Shown in pieces: positions 48,771 through 58,044 of a stretch of 58,234 nucleotides of DNA. Origin of the DNA: Patescibacteria group bacterium (lineage in GTDB: Bacteria > Patescibacteriota > Minisyncoccia > Moranbacterales > DUUL01); assembly GCA_015493225.1 (NCBI GenBank), contig WGDO01000032.1:1-58234 (forward strand), written 5' to 3'. How positions within the stretch are numbered: the stretch's first letter is position 1; each line of letters begins with the position of its first letter. The notes under the pieces are model-generated. The model ran no database searches. It was not told where the DNA came from and saw nothing but the letters and a program-made list of their open reading frames with translations. Made by a program: the position numbers and the translations under genes.

Positions 48771-48841
48771 CGGGGTGTAGTATAAAGGTAGTACGCACGC
48801 ATGGGGTGTGTGTAGCCTGGGTTCGATTCCCAGCATCCCGA
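48771..48841 (+). tRNA. tRNA-Pro(GGG)
   Basis: Acceptor CGGGGTG/CATCCCG, anticodon arm CACGC-ATGGGGT-GTGTG, T-loop TTCGATT; CCA not encoded. Confidence 0.92.
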
Positions 48842-48873
48842 CATTGAATTAAATAAATTAAGTAAAATTTATT

Positions 48874-49860
48874 ATGATAAACAAGAAGCAAAGTAGTGTT
48901 ATTATTTATGAAGGTGCCAAAGGTCAGCCTAAAATTGAAGTACATTTTGAAAATGAAACGGTGTGGTTAACAATTAATCAAATGGCTGAATTATTTGATA
49001 AGGCTCGCTCTACTATAAATGAGCATATTATTAATATATACGAAGAAAAAGAGCTTGCTAAAAAAGAATCTATGAAAAAAATCGGAAATTCCGATTTTTC
49101 TACTAAACCTACAAACTTTTATAATTTAGATGTAGTTATTTCGGTTGGATACAGAGTAAAATCATTACAAGGTACCAGATTTCGTATTTGGGCAACCAAA
49201 AGACTTAAAGAATATCTCATAAAAGGATTTACAATGGACGATGAAAGGCTTAAGGATACAGGTGGTGGAGTATATTGGAAGGAATTATTGGAGAGAATTC
49301 GTGACATTAGAAGTAGCGAAAAAGTTTTATATCGTCAAGTACTAGATTTATATGCGACAAGTATTGATTATAATCCGAAAAGTACAGAGTCTGTAAAATT
49401 CTTCAAAATAGTTCAAAATAAATTGCATTATGCAGTCAACAAAAAAACTGCGGCGGAAATTATTTATAATCGTGCAAATGCGAAAAAGCAATTTATGGGT
49501 ATGACTACTTTTGCTGGTGATATGCCCGTAAGATCAGAAATAGGAATTGCAAAAAATTATTTAACTAAAAGTGAGTTGTTTAGGCTTAATAGATTAGTGT
49601 CGGCATTTTTTGATCTTGCGGAAATAAAGGCGCAAGAACATATAAAAATGAGCATGGCAGATTGGAGAATAGAACTTGATAAATTTACACAAACATATGG
49701 AAAAGGAGTATTGCAAAATGCAGGAAAAATAAGTCACGAGAAGGCTCTAAAAAAAGCAGAAAAGGAATATAAAAAATATCAAACTAAAACACTTTCACCT
49801 GTCGAAGTCGCATATTTAGATAGTATTAAAAATTTACAAAAAAAGGTAAAAAAAATCTAA
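48874..49860 (+). CDS. RhuM family (virulence RhuM) protein
   Basis: ETVWLT..QMAELF, YNLDVVISVGYRVKS, FRIWAT, RIRDIRSSEK, VQNKLHYA. Confidence 0.9.
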   Translation: MINKKQSSVIIYEGAKGQPKIEVHFENETVWLTINQMAELFDKARSTINEHIINIYEEKELAKKESMKKIGNSDFSTKPTNFYNLDVVISVGYRVKSLQGTRFRIWATKRLKEYLIKGFTMDDERLKDTGGGVYWKELLERIRDIRSSEKVLYRQVLDLYATSIDYNPKSTESVKFFKIVQNKLHYAVNKKTAAEIIYNRANAKKQFMGMTTFAGDMPVRSEIGIAKNYLTKSELFRLNRLVSAFFDLAEIKAQEHIKMSMADWRIELDKFTQTYGKGVLQNAGKISHEKALKKAEKEYKKYQTKTLSPVEVAYLDSIKNLQKKVKKI

Positions 49861-49870
49861 TAAGTAAAAA

Positions 49871-50662
49871 ATGAATAATAAAGAGATTAAAAAAGAGTTG
49901 CGAAAATACGCTTCGTTGGAACGAAAGAAAACCAATGAGTGGTTTTTTAAAACTGGGAAAGGGCAGTATGGAGAGGGAGATAAATTTATTGGTGTGCGCG
50001 TGCCAGATGTTCGAAAAATAGCTAGACAGTTTGTGGAGATAGAATTAGAAGCATTGGCAAAAATTTTGCAATCAGAAATTCACGAAGAGCGACTAGTGGC
50101 ATTATTGATTTTGGTTGAGAAAAATAAAACCGCAATTAAGAAAAAAGATCGTATCGAGCAAAAGAAAATTGTTGAATTTTATTTAAATAATAAAAAGTGG
50201 GTAAATAATTGGGATTTGGTTGATTTATCGGCTCACTATATTTTGGGGCAGGCAGTTTTTGATGGTTTAAAGCCTAAGAATATTTTTACAAAATTAACTG
50301 ATTCGTCATCGATGTGGGATAGGCGAATTGGGATTATTGCTCCTTGGATTTTTATTAGAAATGGAGAAATAAATTTAACTTTGCGTCTATCAAAAAAATT
50401 GTTATCAGATAAAGAAGATTTAATGCATAAAGCAGTAGGGTGGATGTTGCGAGAAGCATGGAAATTGGGAGAGCCAAACAAGAAATCCGCCATTACACTC
50501 AAGGCGGACAAGCAGAGCAGGAAAAAAGGCAAAAAGTCTCAAGAACAAGTAGAACAATTTTTAATTCAAAATTACAACCACCTTCCCCGCACCACCCTCC
50601 GCTACGCCATTGAACGAATGGAAGAAGCGAAAAGAAAAAGATTTTTGGAGGGGAAATTTTGA
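49871..50662 (+). CDS. DNA alkylation repair protein (AlkD-like HEAT repeat)
   Basis: FFKTGKGQYGEGDKFIGVRVP, NNWDLVD, HKAVGWMLRE, PRTTLRYAIER. Confidence 0.9.
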   Translation: MNNKEIKKELRKYASLERKKTNEWFFKTGKGQYGEGDKFIGVRVPDVRKIARQFVEIELEALAKILQSEIHEERLVALLILVEKNKTAIKKKDRIEQKKIVEFYLNNKKWVNNWDLVDLSAHYILGQAVFDGLKPKNIFTKLTDSSSMWDRRIGIIAPWIFIRNGEINLTLRLSKKLLSDKEDLMHKAVGWMLREAWKLGEPNKKSAITLKADKQSRKKGKKSQEQVEQFLIQNYNHLPRTTLRYAIERMEEAKRKRFLEGKF

Positions 50663-50689
50663 TAATTTATAAAGGAATAATTCAATATT

Positions 50690-51370
50690 ATGAATAAAAA
50701 ACAACGTATCCAAAAAATAGAAAAAATTGCCAAGAAATATTTTAAAAAAACTAACCCTTGCCACGATTGGACACATGTGGAGCGAGTAAGAAAATTAGCA
50801 TTACATATTGGTCAAGAAGAGGGGGCGGATTTGGAGGTATTGGAAATTGCTTCTTTGTTACATGATATAGGTCGCCTGGAGGAAGAAAAACATAAAGGAC
50901 AGAAAAAATGTGGGATAAAATTATGTCATGCCGTAATCGGTGCCGAAGAAGCGAAAAATATTTTAAAGAAATATAATTTTTCGGCGGATACCTTTAATAA
51001 TATTATTCACTGTATTCAAAGCCATCGTTTTCGCGGCATAAACAAACCAAAAACCTTGGAGGCGAAGATATTATTTGATGCAGATAAATTAGACTCTATT
51101 GGTGCGATAGGAGTAGCAAGGGATTTTTTATTTGCCGGTGGACCAGGTTCACAGACTCTTTATACAGGCAATGAAGAAAAATTAGCCAAGAATAATAAAG
51201 ATTATTCTTACACCAAAGAGGATTCGGCTATTTTGGAGTATGAAATAAAATTAAAATATGTAAAAAATCGGATATTGACGAGCGCTGGAAGACAAATTGC
51301 TAAAGATAGGCATGATTTTATGAAAAAATTTTTCCAAAGATTTTGGCAAGAAGTAGCTGGAAAAAAATAG
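50690..51370 (+). CDS. HD domain phosphohydrolase
   Basis: HDWTHVERV, LLHDIG, DADKLDSIGAIG. Confidence 0.9.
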   Translation: MNKKQRIQKIEKIAKKYFKKTNPCHDWTHVERVRKLALHIGQEEGADLEVLEIASLLHDIGRLEEEKHKGQKKCGIKLCHAVIGAEEAKNILKKYNFSADTFNNIIHCIQSHRFRGINKPKTLEAKILFDADKLDSIGAIGVARDFLFAGGPGSQTLYTGNEEKLAKNNKDYSYTKEDSAILEYEIKLKYVKNRILTSAGRQIAKDRHDFMKKFFQRFWQEVAGKK

Positions 51371-51436
51371 TAATATAATTAGACAAATAATCAATTATTA
51401 CCTTATGAGGTGATGGATAATCAATATTTTTAGATC

Positions 51437-51799
51437 ATGAAAAAAGAATTAAAATTAGTGGAGGAGTTTCATCGTAAATTTAAAGCTCCGGTTTTAAAGA
51501 AACCATCTTTGATTTCCGAAGAGCGAGCGGAATTTAGATTTAAGTTAATGAAGGAAGAAGTGGAGGAGTATTTGACAGATGGGGTGAAAAGTAAAAAAAT
51601 TGAAAATATTGCCAAAGAGTTAGCAGATATACTTTATGCAGCTTACGGTACAGTTCTCGAACATGGATTACAAGATAAAATGGAAAAAATTTTTCTAGAA
51701 AATCATCACTCGCAAATGAGTAAAGAATATCACCAATATAAAATGGTCAAGGGCAAAAATTTTAAAGAAGCGGATATTAAAAAAATTCTAAAAGATTAA
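51437..51799 (+). CDS. MazG-like NTP pyrophosphohydrolase
   Basis: EEVEEY, KELADILY, MSK and KG motifs. Confidence 0.8.
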   Translation: MKKELKLVEEFHRKFKAPVLKKPSLISEERAEFRFKLMKEEVEEYLTDGVKSKKIENIAKELADILYAAYGTVLEHGLQDKMEKIFLENHHSQMSKEYHQYKMVKGKNFKEADIKKILKD

Positions 51800-51802
51800 T
51801 AT

Positions 51803-52528
51803 ATGCTTCAAAAAGTCTTAGAAACAAAAAGAGTGGTGGCTGGATTTACCGACCGGTGGGATGGGGTGAGTAAACCGCCCTATAATACTTTAAATTTAGC
51901 CCTACGCGTTGGGGACAGTGGCAAAGATGTCCTGGAAAACAGACAACTATTAGCTGAAAAATTAACAATAAAGCCGAGTAATTTTGCCTGGATGAATCAG
52001 GTACATTCTGATAAAATTGTGCCTGTTATAAAAAGCGGAGAAGTCTTAAAGACTGACGGGCTAATAACCACTCAACCAGAATTAGCCCTAATGGTTTTGG
52101 TAGCAGATTGTATCCCGATTTTATTTTATGATCCAAAGCAAAAGATAATTGCCGTTGCTCACGCTGGACGAGAGGGTAGTTTCTTAAATATTGCCGGAAA
52201 AATGATTTTAAAATTGCAAAAAGAATATAATTCCAATCCTCAAAATATTAAAGTATATTTAGGGCCATCTATTCAAAAAGAATGTTACCGAGTTGACCAA
52301 AAGATTATTAAACGATTTAAAAAACAGTGGGGTGAAAAATATATTTATAACAACACTAATCTTGATTTGCCCTTACTGAATCAAGATCAACTATTAAAAA
52401 CCGGCATTAAAAAAGAAAATATATTTGTCAGTAAGATTTGTAATCACTGTAACCAAAATTATTTTTCCTATCGTCGTGCCGAAAACAATCGTACGGGTCG
52501 TTTTGGAGGAATTATTATGTTAAAATGA
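51803..52528 (+). CDS. pgeF: PgeF/YfiH family protein
   Basis: QVHS, ADCIPIL, HAG, GPSI, FSYR. Confidence 0.9.
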   Translation: MLQKVLETKRVVAGFTDRWDGVSKPPYNTLNLALRVGDSGKDVLENRQLLAEKLTIKPSNFAWMNQVHSDKIVPVIKSGEVLKTDGLITTQPELALMVLVADCIPILFYDPKQKIIAVAHAGREGSFLNIAGKMILKLQKEYNSNPQNIKVYLGPSIQKECYRVDQKIIKRFKKQWGEKYIYNNTNLDLPLLNQDQLLKTGIKKENIFVSKICNHCNQNYFSYRRAENNRTGRFGGIIMLK

Positions 52529-52572
52529 AGGCCCGTCACAATTGAGTAAACGGGCCAGGAAAGAACAGGTTT

Positions 52573-52809
52573 CTAAGGAACAAACTGCATGAGCTGTTCG
52601 GTAGTATGACCACCAAACAATTCATCAATTTCAATGTTATGTTTTAATAGAAAACATGTTGTTTCAATGTCATTATTATTAAAACATAAATCAATCACTT
52701 TTGTTTTCAGGATATATGCTTTTTGAAAAGAATCTTTGGCTAAATCATAGTCTAAATATAGCCATAAAATAATTGCCTGACAACAATGTAGTCTTGCTAT
52801 GTCTATCAT
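52573..52809 (-). CDS. small hypothetical protein
   Basis: 78-aa ORF with upstream GGGGG and a convergent hairpin at 52530-52556. Confidence 0.4.
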   Translation of the reverse strand: MIDIARLHCCQAIILWLYLDYDLAKDSFQKAYILKTKVIDLCFNNNDIETTCFLLKHNIEIDELFGGHTTEQLMQFVP

Positions 52810-52887
52810 AATAAATTCCCCCCATCTAAATTTAAATTGACTGTAGTATAAAAGTATATTAACATTTATTTATAATTATGTAAAAAT

Positions 52888-53307
52888 ATGAAAAAAATCA
52901 TCGTATTTGGAACTTTTGATGTTTTTCATCCTGGACACCAGGATTTTTTTCGTCAAGCTAAAAAGTTTGGTGATTTTTTGATAGTAGTAGTAGCTAGAGA
53001 TAAAAATGTTAAAGATATCAAAGGAACTTGGCCAAGAAATAATGAAAGAAAAAGATTAGAAATTATAAGTAGGTATAATTTGGTAGACAAAATTCTTCTG
53101 GGAAATAAAAATGATGCAAATGATTATAAATATAAAATTTTACAGGAAGAAAAACCTGATGTAATTTGTCTTGGCTATGACCAACGAGTAAATGAGAAAG
53201 AGTTGCAAAAAAAGCTAAAAGAATATAGAATGGATAAGGTGGAAATGGTAAGATTAAAGCCTTATAAAGAAGATATTTATAAGTCGTCGTTACTTTCGGA
53301 CAATTAG
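52888..53307 (+). CDS. cytidylyltransferase-family protein (RibL FAD synthase/TagD-like)
   Basis: FGTFDVFHPGH, VVARD, PDVICLGYDQ, KSS. Confidence 0.85.
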   Translation: MKKIIVFGTFDVFHPGHQDFFRQAKKFGDFLIVVVARDKNVKDIKGTWPRNNERKRLEIISRYNLVDKILLGNKNDANDYKYKILQEEKPDVICLGYDQRVNEKELQKKLKEYRMDKVEMVRLKPYKEDIYKSSLLSDN

Positions 53308-53371
53308 CTCAGTTGGTTAGAGCGCTCGCTCGACATGCGAGAGGTCACAGGTTCAAATCCTGTATTGTCCA
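53298..53371 (+). tRNA. tRNA-Val(GAC)
   Basis: Acceptor GGACAAT/ATTGTCC, D-arm GCTC..GAGC, anticodon arm CTCGC-TCGACAT-GCGAG, T-loop TTCAAAT. Confidence 0.9.
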
Positions 53372-53430
53372 CAGGTTCTCACCCTAAACGGGTGACCAAT
53401 CATAGATTGGAAATCCTGTATTGTCTACCA
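53370..53430 (+). repeat. duplicated tRNA-Val 3' segment interrupted by two hairpins
   Basis: CACAGGTTC + 32-nt insert + AAATCCTGTATTGTCTACCA. Confidence 0.85.
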
Positions 53431-53448
53431 TAATGTTTAAATAAATCC

Positions 53449-54039
53449 ATGAAACGACAAATAATTTTAGCATCACAATCACCGAGACGAAAGCAATTGT
53501 TGAAGCAAATTGGTTTAACTGATTTTATTATTCAAGAAAGTGCTTATGAGGAGGATATGACTCTAGACAAGACACCGGAAGAATTAGCAGAATTCTTATC
53601 TTTAGAAAAGGCAAAAGAAGTGGCTAATCATTATGACGACGCCGTCATTATTGCCGGTGATACAATGATTTTTTTCAAAGACAAGGTAATTGGTAAGCCC
53701 AAAAATAAAGAAGAAGCAATAAAAATGTTAACAAAATTTTCTGGACAAAAAGTAGGGTGTGTTTCCGGATTAGCAATAATTGACACTAAAAATAATAGAA
53801 AAATAGTTAACCATGATATTGGTTGGGTAAATTTTAGAAAATTAGACAAGAAAGAAATTATTGAATATGTAAATAGTGAAGAGAATGTACTAGGATTTGC
53901 CGGTGGGTTTGGGTTATTAAATAAAGGTGCAATTTTAATTGATTCTACGGAAGGAGACTTTTTCTCAATAATTGGACTACCTCTAACAAAACTATATTTA
54001 GGATTAAAAGATTTGGGAGTAGATATTTTAAAAATATAA
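53449..54039 (+). CDS. maf: Maf family nucleoside triphosphate pyrophosphatase
   Basis: IILASQSPRRKQLL, GDT, GKP, GDFFSIIGLP. Confidence 0.92.
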   Translation: MKRQIILASQSPRRKQLLKQIGLTDFIIQESAYEEDMTLDKTPEELAEFLSLEKAKEVANHYDDAVIIAGDTMIFFKDKVIGKPKNKEEAIKMLTKFSGQKVGCVSGLAIIDTKNNRKIVNHDIGWVNFRKLDKKEIIEYVNSEENVLGFAGGFGLLNKGAILIDSTEGDFFSIIGLPLTKLYLGLKDLGVDILKI

Positions 54040-54091
54040 ATTAATTTAGTGAAAAGCATTTGGTTAAAAAAGTATAATAAATAAAAATTTT

Positions 54092-55612
54092 ATGGATAAA
54101 AATAATAAAGAAATTCGAACTCGTTTTGCGCCGTCACCAACGGGAGAACTACACATTGGTGGATTAAAAACAGCCTTGTTTGATTATTTACTCGCCAGAA
54201 AAAATAATGGCAGTTTCATTCTAAGAGTTGAAGATACCGACCGCAAAAGATTAGTAGAGGGTGCAGTGGAGAGAATGATAGCAGACTTAGCTTGGGGCGG
54301 AGTAAAAGTAGATGAGGGAATGAAAGTTGATCAGAACGGCGCCCTAGCAGAAGTTGGTAAATATGGGCCGTATATTCAATCAGAGAGATTAGATATTTAT
54401 AAAAAATATATAGACCAATTAATAGATACAGGAAAAGCCTATCATTGTTTTTGCTCCCCAGAAAGATTAGCCGAAGTTCGTAAAACTCAACAGCAAAATA
54501 AGCAGGCCCCAAAATATGACCGACATTGTCTAAATCTTTCTCCAGAGGAAGTGCAAAAGAAAATTGAAGCCGGTGAATCCTATGTTATTCGTTTTAAAAT
54601 TCCGGAAGGCATAACAACCTTTGAGGATGAGGTTTTTGGTGAAGTATCTGTTAAAAACGAAACCTTAGGTGATCAGGTGATAATGAAATCTGATGGTTTT
54701 CCCACTTATCATTTAGCTGTGGTTGTTGACGACCATCTAATGAAAATTTCTCACGTCATCAGAGGCGCCGAATGGCTCCCTAGCACTCCGAAACATGTTT
54801 TATTGTATGAAGCTTTTGGTTGGAAGAAAGAGATGCCTAAGTTTGTTCATATGGCTAATATTCTTAATAAAAATAAGAAAAAACTTTCTAAACGAGAGGG
54901 CAGTGTTAGCGTGGCTGATTTTAGAGAGGAAGGGTATCCAGCAGAAGCTTTAATAAATTTTATTGCCTTACTGGGCTGGAATCCAAAGACCGAACAAGAA
55001 ATTTTTACAATGGAAGAATTGATTAAACAGTTTGATGTTACTAAAATGAATAGAGCCGGTGGAGTATTTGATTTAGACCGTTTAAGCTGGATTAGCAATC
55101 AACATATTAAAAAAATGTCCATTGATGATTTATATAACCAGGGAATTGAGTTTTTAGAAAAACAAGATTTTTATCAACAATTTCTAAAAAATACATCCTT
55201 GACTACGGCTGAAATAAAAAATTATGTCAAAAAGATTTTGAAAGTAGAACAAGAACGATTAAGTAAATTTACAGAAATTGGCATAGAAAATAAATTTTTC
55301 TTTAAAACTGCCGAAGAATTAGACTTTTCCCTGGAAGATATTAATTGGAAAGAAAATAATGCCGAAGATACAAAAAAAGCCTTAATTGAAATAGAAGAAG
55401 TTTTTCAAAATATTCCTGAAGAAAAATGGACAGAGGAATATATCCAGGAACAATTATTAGAATTAGCCGGAGAAAAGAGGGGGGACTATTTATTTCCACT
55501 TCGCTGGGTTCTGAGTGGTCAACAAAAATCTCCTTCACCCTTTGAAATTTCCTGGGTACTGGGAAAGGAAGAATCCCTAAGAAGAATTCAGAGTGTTATT
55601 AATAAGTTCTAG
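54092..55612 (+). CDS. gltX: glutamate--tRNA ligase
   Basis: RFAPSPTG, HIGG, RVEDTD, PTYHLAVVVDD, KLSKR. Confidence 0.96.
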   Translation: MDKNNKEIRTRFAPSPTGELHIGGLKTALFDYLLARKNNGSFILRVEDTDRKRLVEGAVERMIADLAWGGVKVDEGMKVDQNGALAEVGKYGPYIQSERLDIYKKYIDQLIDTGKAYHCFCSPERLAEVRKTQQQNKQAPKYDRHCLNLSPEEVQKKIEAGESYVIRFKIPEGITTFEDEVFGEVSVKNETLGDQVIMKSDGFPTYHLAVVVDDHLMKISHVIRGAEWLPSTPKHVLLYEAFGWKKEMPKFVHMANILNKNKKKLSKREGSVSVADFREEGYPAEALINFIALLGWNPKTEQEIFTMEELIKQFDVTKMNRAGGVFDLDRLSWISNQHIKKMSIDDLYNQGIEFLEKQDFYQQFLKNTSLTTAEIKNYVKKILKVEQERLSKFTEIGIENKFFFKTAEELDFSLEDINWKENNAEDTKKALIEIEEVFQNIPEEKWTEEYIQEQLLELAGEKRGDYLFPLRWVLSGQQKSPSPFEISWVLGKEESLRRIQSVINKF

Positions 55613-55665
55613 ATCACTAGATCATACGAAAACCATTGACTTTGGGAATTTTAAGCAACGAACAG

Positions 55666-55761
55666 AAAAACCCCCCCAAAAAATTTTCTCCTTACTTTTA
55701 TTTGTCAACTACGTTGTCAAATAAAAGTAAGGAGAAAATTTGACCCCCTTTACACAGGGGG
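55666..55761 (+). repeat. hairpin-carrying REP-like element
   Basis: Same ends as 40888-40979; ~28-bp stem with covarying differences. Confidence 0.85.
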
Positions 55762-55794
55762 TAGTCTAAGGGATTTATACCAGGCGTAGCGGTC

Positions 55795-56148
55795 TTATTT
55801 TGCTTTTTTAAAGTTTATCTTATAAATAGGTTCATAAAGAGTATCCCATTGGTCACGTACTTCCACAGTTTTTCCATCCATTAAATTAGTCATAGCCACA
55901 TCTGTTAAAATTTGTTCCAGATCTTTAATTTTAATTTTATTATCCTCTAACTTATCCCAGGCAGTACCCAATTCATTCTGAGCGGATAATTCAATTTCTT
56001 TTTTTTCAGCTCGTAGAGCATCTAATTTTTCAGTTATAGCTTCATATTCAGATGATTGCAATAAAATATTGCGATAATCTTTGCGGGTAACTTTAATTTC
56101 ATTTTTAAGCTCTTGGAGCTCATTAAATACTTCTTGGACATCTTTCAT
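55795..56148 (-). CDS. hypothetical coiled-coil protein
   Basis: Start placed at ATG 56148 (MKDVQEVF); ends YEPIYKINFKK. Confidence 0.65.
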   Translation of the reverse strand: MKDVQEVFNELQELKNEIKVTRKDYRNILLQSSEYEAITEKLDALRAEKKEIELSAQNELGTAWDKLEDNKIKIKDLEQILTDVAMTNLMDGKTVEVRDQWDTLYEPIYKINFKKAK

Positions 56149-56201
56149 TTTATTTTTTTTAATTTTTAAACACAAAATTAATTATAACACAAAAATTAAT
56201 T

Positions 56202-56230
56202 TAGACAAAATTACATAAAAATGTTATAAT
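56202..56230 (+). promoter_or_regulatory. sigma70 promoter
   Basis: TAGACA-N17-TATAAT with TG. Confidence 0.55.
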
Positions 56231-56273
56231 AACCTCAGGAGTAATTAATTTACAGAAGTGCTTAAAATATACT

Positions 56274-57569
56274 ATGACTATTTTATCCAATCAAAAAAAT
56301 ATATTATTTTATCTAGGTTTACCAATATTATTATTGGCTCTTTTGGCTTACAGTATTAATTTTGTTAGTGCCTCCGTTGTCAATTTAGATAAAATTAACA
56401 AAACCAATGATCCCAAAAAATTAGAAAAGTATAAAGACAAGGTAGAAAAGCAACTGAAAAGTACTACCCAACAAAAAAATATTCTTAGTAATCAAGTTAA
56501 GCTATATGATTTAAAAGTAACTACGGCTAAGAGAAATTTAAATAACGTTCAAAAAGAATATGAAAGAAATCAACTAGAGTTAGAAAAATTACAAAAAGAA
56601 CTTCAAAAAAAGGATGAGAAAATTAAAATATTTAAAGAACAGCTCAAAAAGAATTTAGTAATTTACCAGCAAAATGACGATAATTTTAAAATAAAAATAC
56701 TTTCCAGCAAGAATGATATTACTTCATTATTAAATCAATCAGAGTATTTAAAACGTTTATCCGGAGAGATAAATAAAAAGATTAAAAAAATTAAACAAGA
56801 TAAGGAAGAGATAGAAAAGAAAAAAATAAAAATTGAAGAATCAAAAACAAAAATTGAAGACAATAAAAAAGAATTATTGAAGAAAAAAGAGACATTTGAA
56901 TCGCAAAAAAGAATCAAGAATGATTTTTTGGCAAAAACCCAGGGAGATGAAAATAAATATAAGTCTCTATTGGCTCATATTGAAGAGCAAAAAAGAAAAT
57001 TATTTAGTTTCAGTGACGTCTCTTCGGCTGTTAAGTCATCCGTCAAAGAAATCCAAAGAAGTGCCAAAAAACCATCCAGCGGACTAGCCAGTAACTCCTG
57101 GTATTATGCTCAGGACAATCCTAAATGGGGATACAAAAATATTGGTTTTTCTAAAACTTTGATGAAAGATTATGGCTGTGCTGTAACTGCCTTGGCGATG
57201 GTTTTTAGTAAAAATGGCGAAAAAATTAATCCTGGGAAATTAGCTAAAAAACCATTATTTTATCGTGATTTAATAATGTGGCCAAATACCTGGGGAAAAT
57301 TGAAATTAACCTCTGGACGTGGACATGGTAATATCAACTGGAATACAATAGATAAAAAAATTAAAAAGGGCATCCCAGTGGCTGTATTTATTAGGTCACG
57401 GAGTGGGGCAGGGCACTATGTGGTTATTCACCACAAGGATAAGAAGGGTAAATATGTCGTTCACGACCCATTGTTTGGAGCTAACATTTATTTAGAAACA
57501 AGTAAAAAATTAATTTCCTCAATTTATAAAAGTGGAGTCACTATTGATCAAATGATTATTTATGAATAA
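56274..57569 (+). CDS. secreted coiled-coil protein with C39-like cysteine peptidase domain
   Basis: Signal/TM, PcsB/CwlO-like coiled coil, then YYAQ..WG, GCAVTALAMV, GHYVVI and HDP. Confidence 0.8.
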   Translation: MTILSNQKNILFYLGLPILLLALLAYSINFVSASVVNLDKINKTNDPKKLEKYKDKVEKQLKSTTQQKNILSNQVKLYDLKVTTAKRNLNNVQKEYERNQLELEKLQKELQKKDEKIKIFKEQLKKNLVIYQQNDDNFKIKILSSKNDITSLLNQSEYLKRLSGEINKKIKKIKQDKEEIEKKKIKIEESKTKIEDNKKELLKKKETFESQKRIKNDFLAKTQGDENKYKSLLAHIEEQKRKLFSFSDVSSAVKSSVKEIQRSAKKPSSGLASNSWYYAQDNPKWGYKNIGFSKTLMKDYGCAVTALAMVFSKNGEKINPGKLAKKPLFYRDLIMWPNTWGKLKLTSGRGHGNINWNTIDKKIKKGIPVAVFIRSRSGAGHYVVIHHKDKKGKYVVHDPLFGANIYLETSKKLISSIYKSGVTIDQMIIYE

Positions 57570-57625
57570 GAATATATTTTGTGGGATGGCTTACTTACAA
57601 ATACCCTTTTGTTTGGATTATTAAA

Positions 57626-57652
57626 TTAGCACTCATAAGTATTGAGTGCTAA
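57626..57652. promoter_or_regulatory. CIRCE element (HrcA operator)
   Basis: Exact consensus TTAGCACTC-N9-GAGTGCTAA. Confidence 0.9.
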
Positions 57653-57837
57653 TCTTTAAATTAAAGTATTTTTAAAATTAGTTAAACACTTTTTTAAAAA
57701 TTTATTTATTAATTTAATAATTTGATGATTTAATTATCTAGAAAGGCATTGGTTATATTAAGTACTGAAAAAAAATCTAAAAAATATTATTAAATTTTTA
57801 AATATTTTCAGATGGAATGAGTTTTTTAAAGTTAATA

Positions 57838-58044
57838 TTGAGGTGAAGAGCTATTATATTTTTGTCAAAAAATTAATTGAGATGAAGAGCTATTATATTT
57901 TTGTCAAAAAGTTAGAGGTAGGTAGATGCCTGTTTTTAACGCATAAACTTCACCAGATGTCTTCTGGTGTCTGAAAATGATCTAATGATACCTAGGGGCA
58001 TATTTTTGAAAAAAGTTGCAGGTAGGTAGATACCTGTTTTTTAA
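57838..58044 (+). repeat. overlapping direct repeats in a long non-coding region
   Basis: 28-bp TGAAGAGCTATTATATTTTTGTCAAAAA at 57844 and 57883; ~45-bp ATATTTTTG..AAAAAGTT..AGGTAGGTAGAT.CCTGTTTTT at ~57895 and ~58000. Confidence 0.8.

Noticed and set aside
48795-48812. tRNA-Pro(TGG) reading
   Set aside because: The better stem CACGC/GTGTG gives loop ATGGGGT with U33 and anticodon GGG.
48771-49860. Integrative island at tRNA-Pro starting with rhuM
   Set aside because: No integrase and no duplicated tRNA-Pro 3' end seen; downstream genes look like ordinary metabolism and repair genes.
57838-58044. CRISPR array
   Set aside because: Only two copies of each repeat, an 11-nt gap, and no cas genes in the window.
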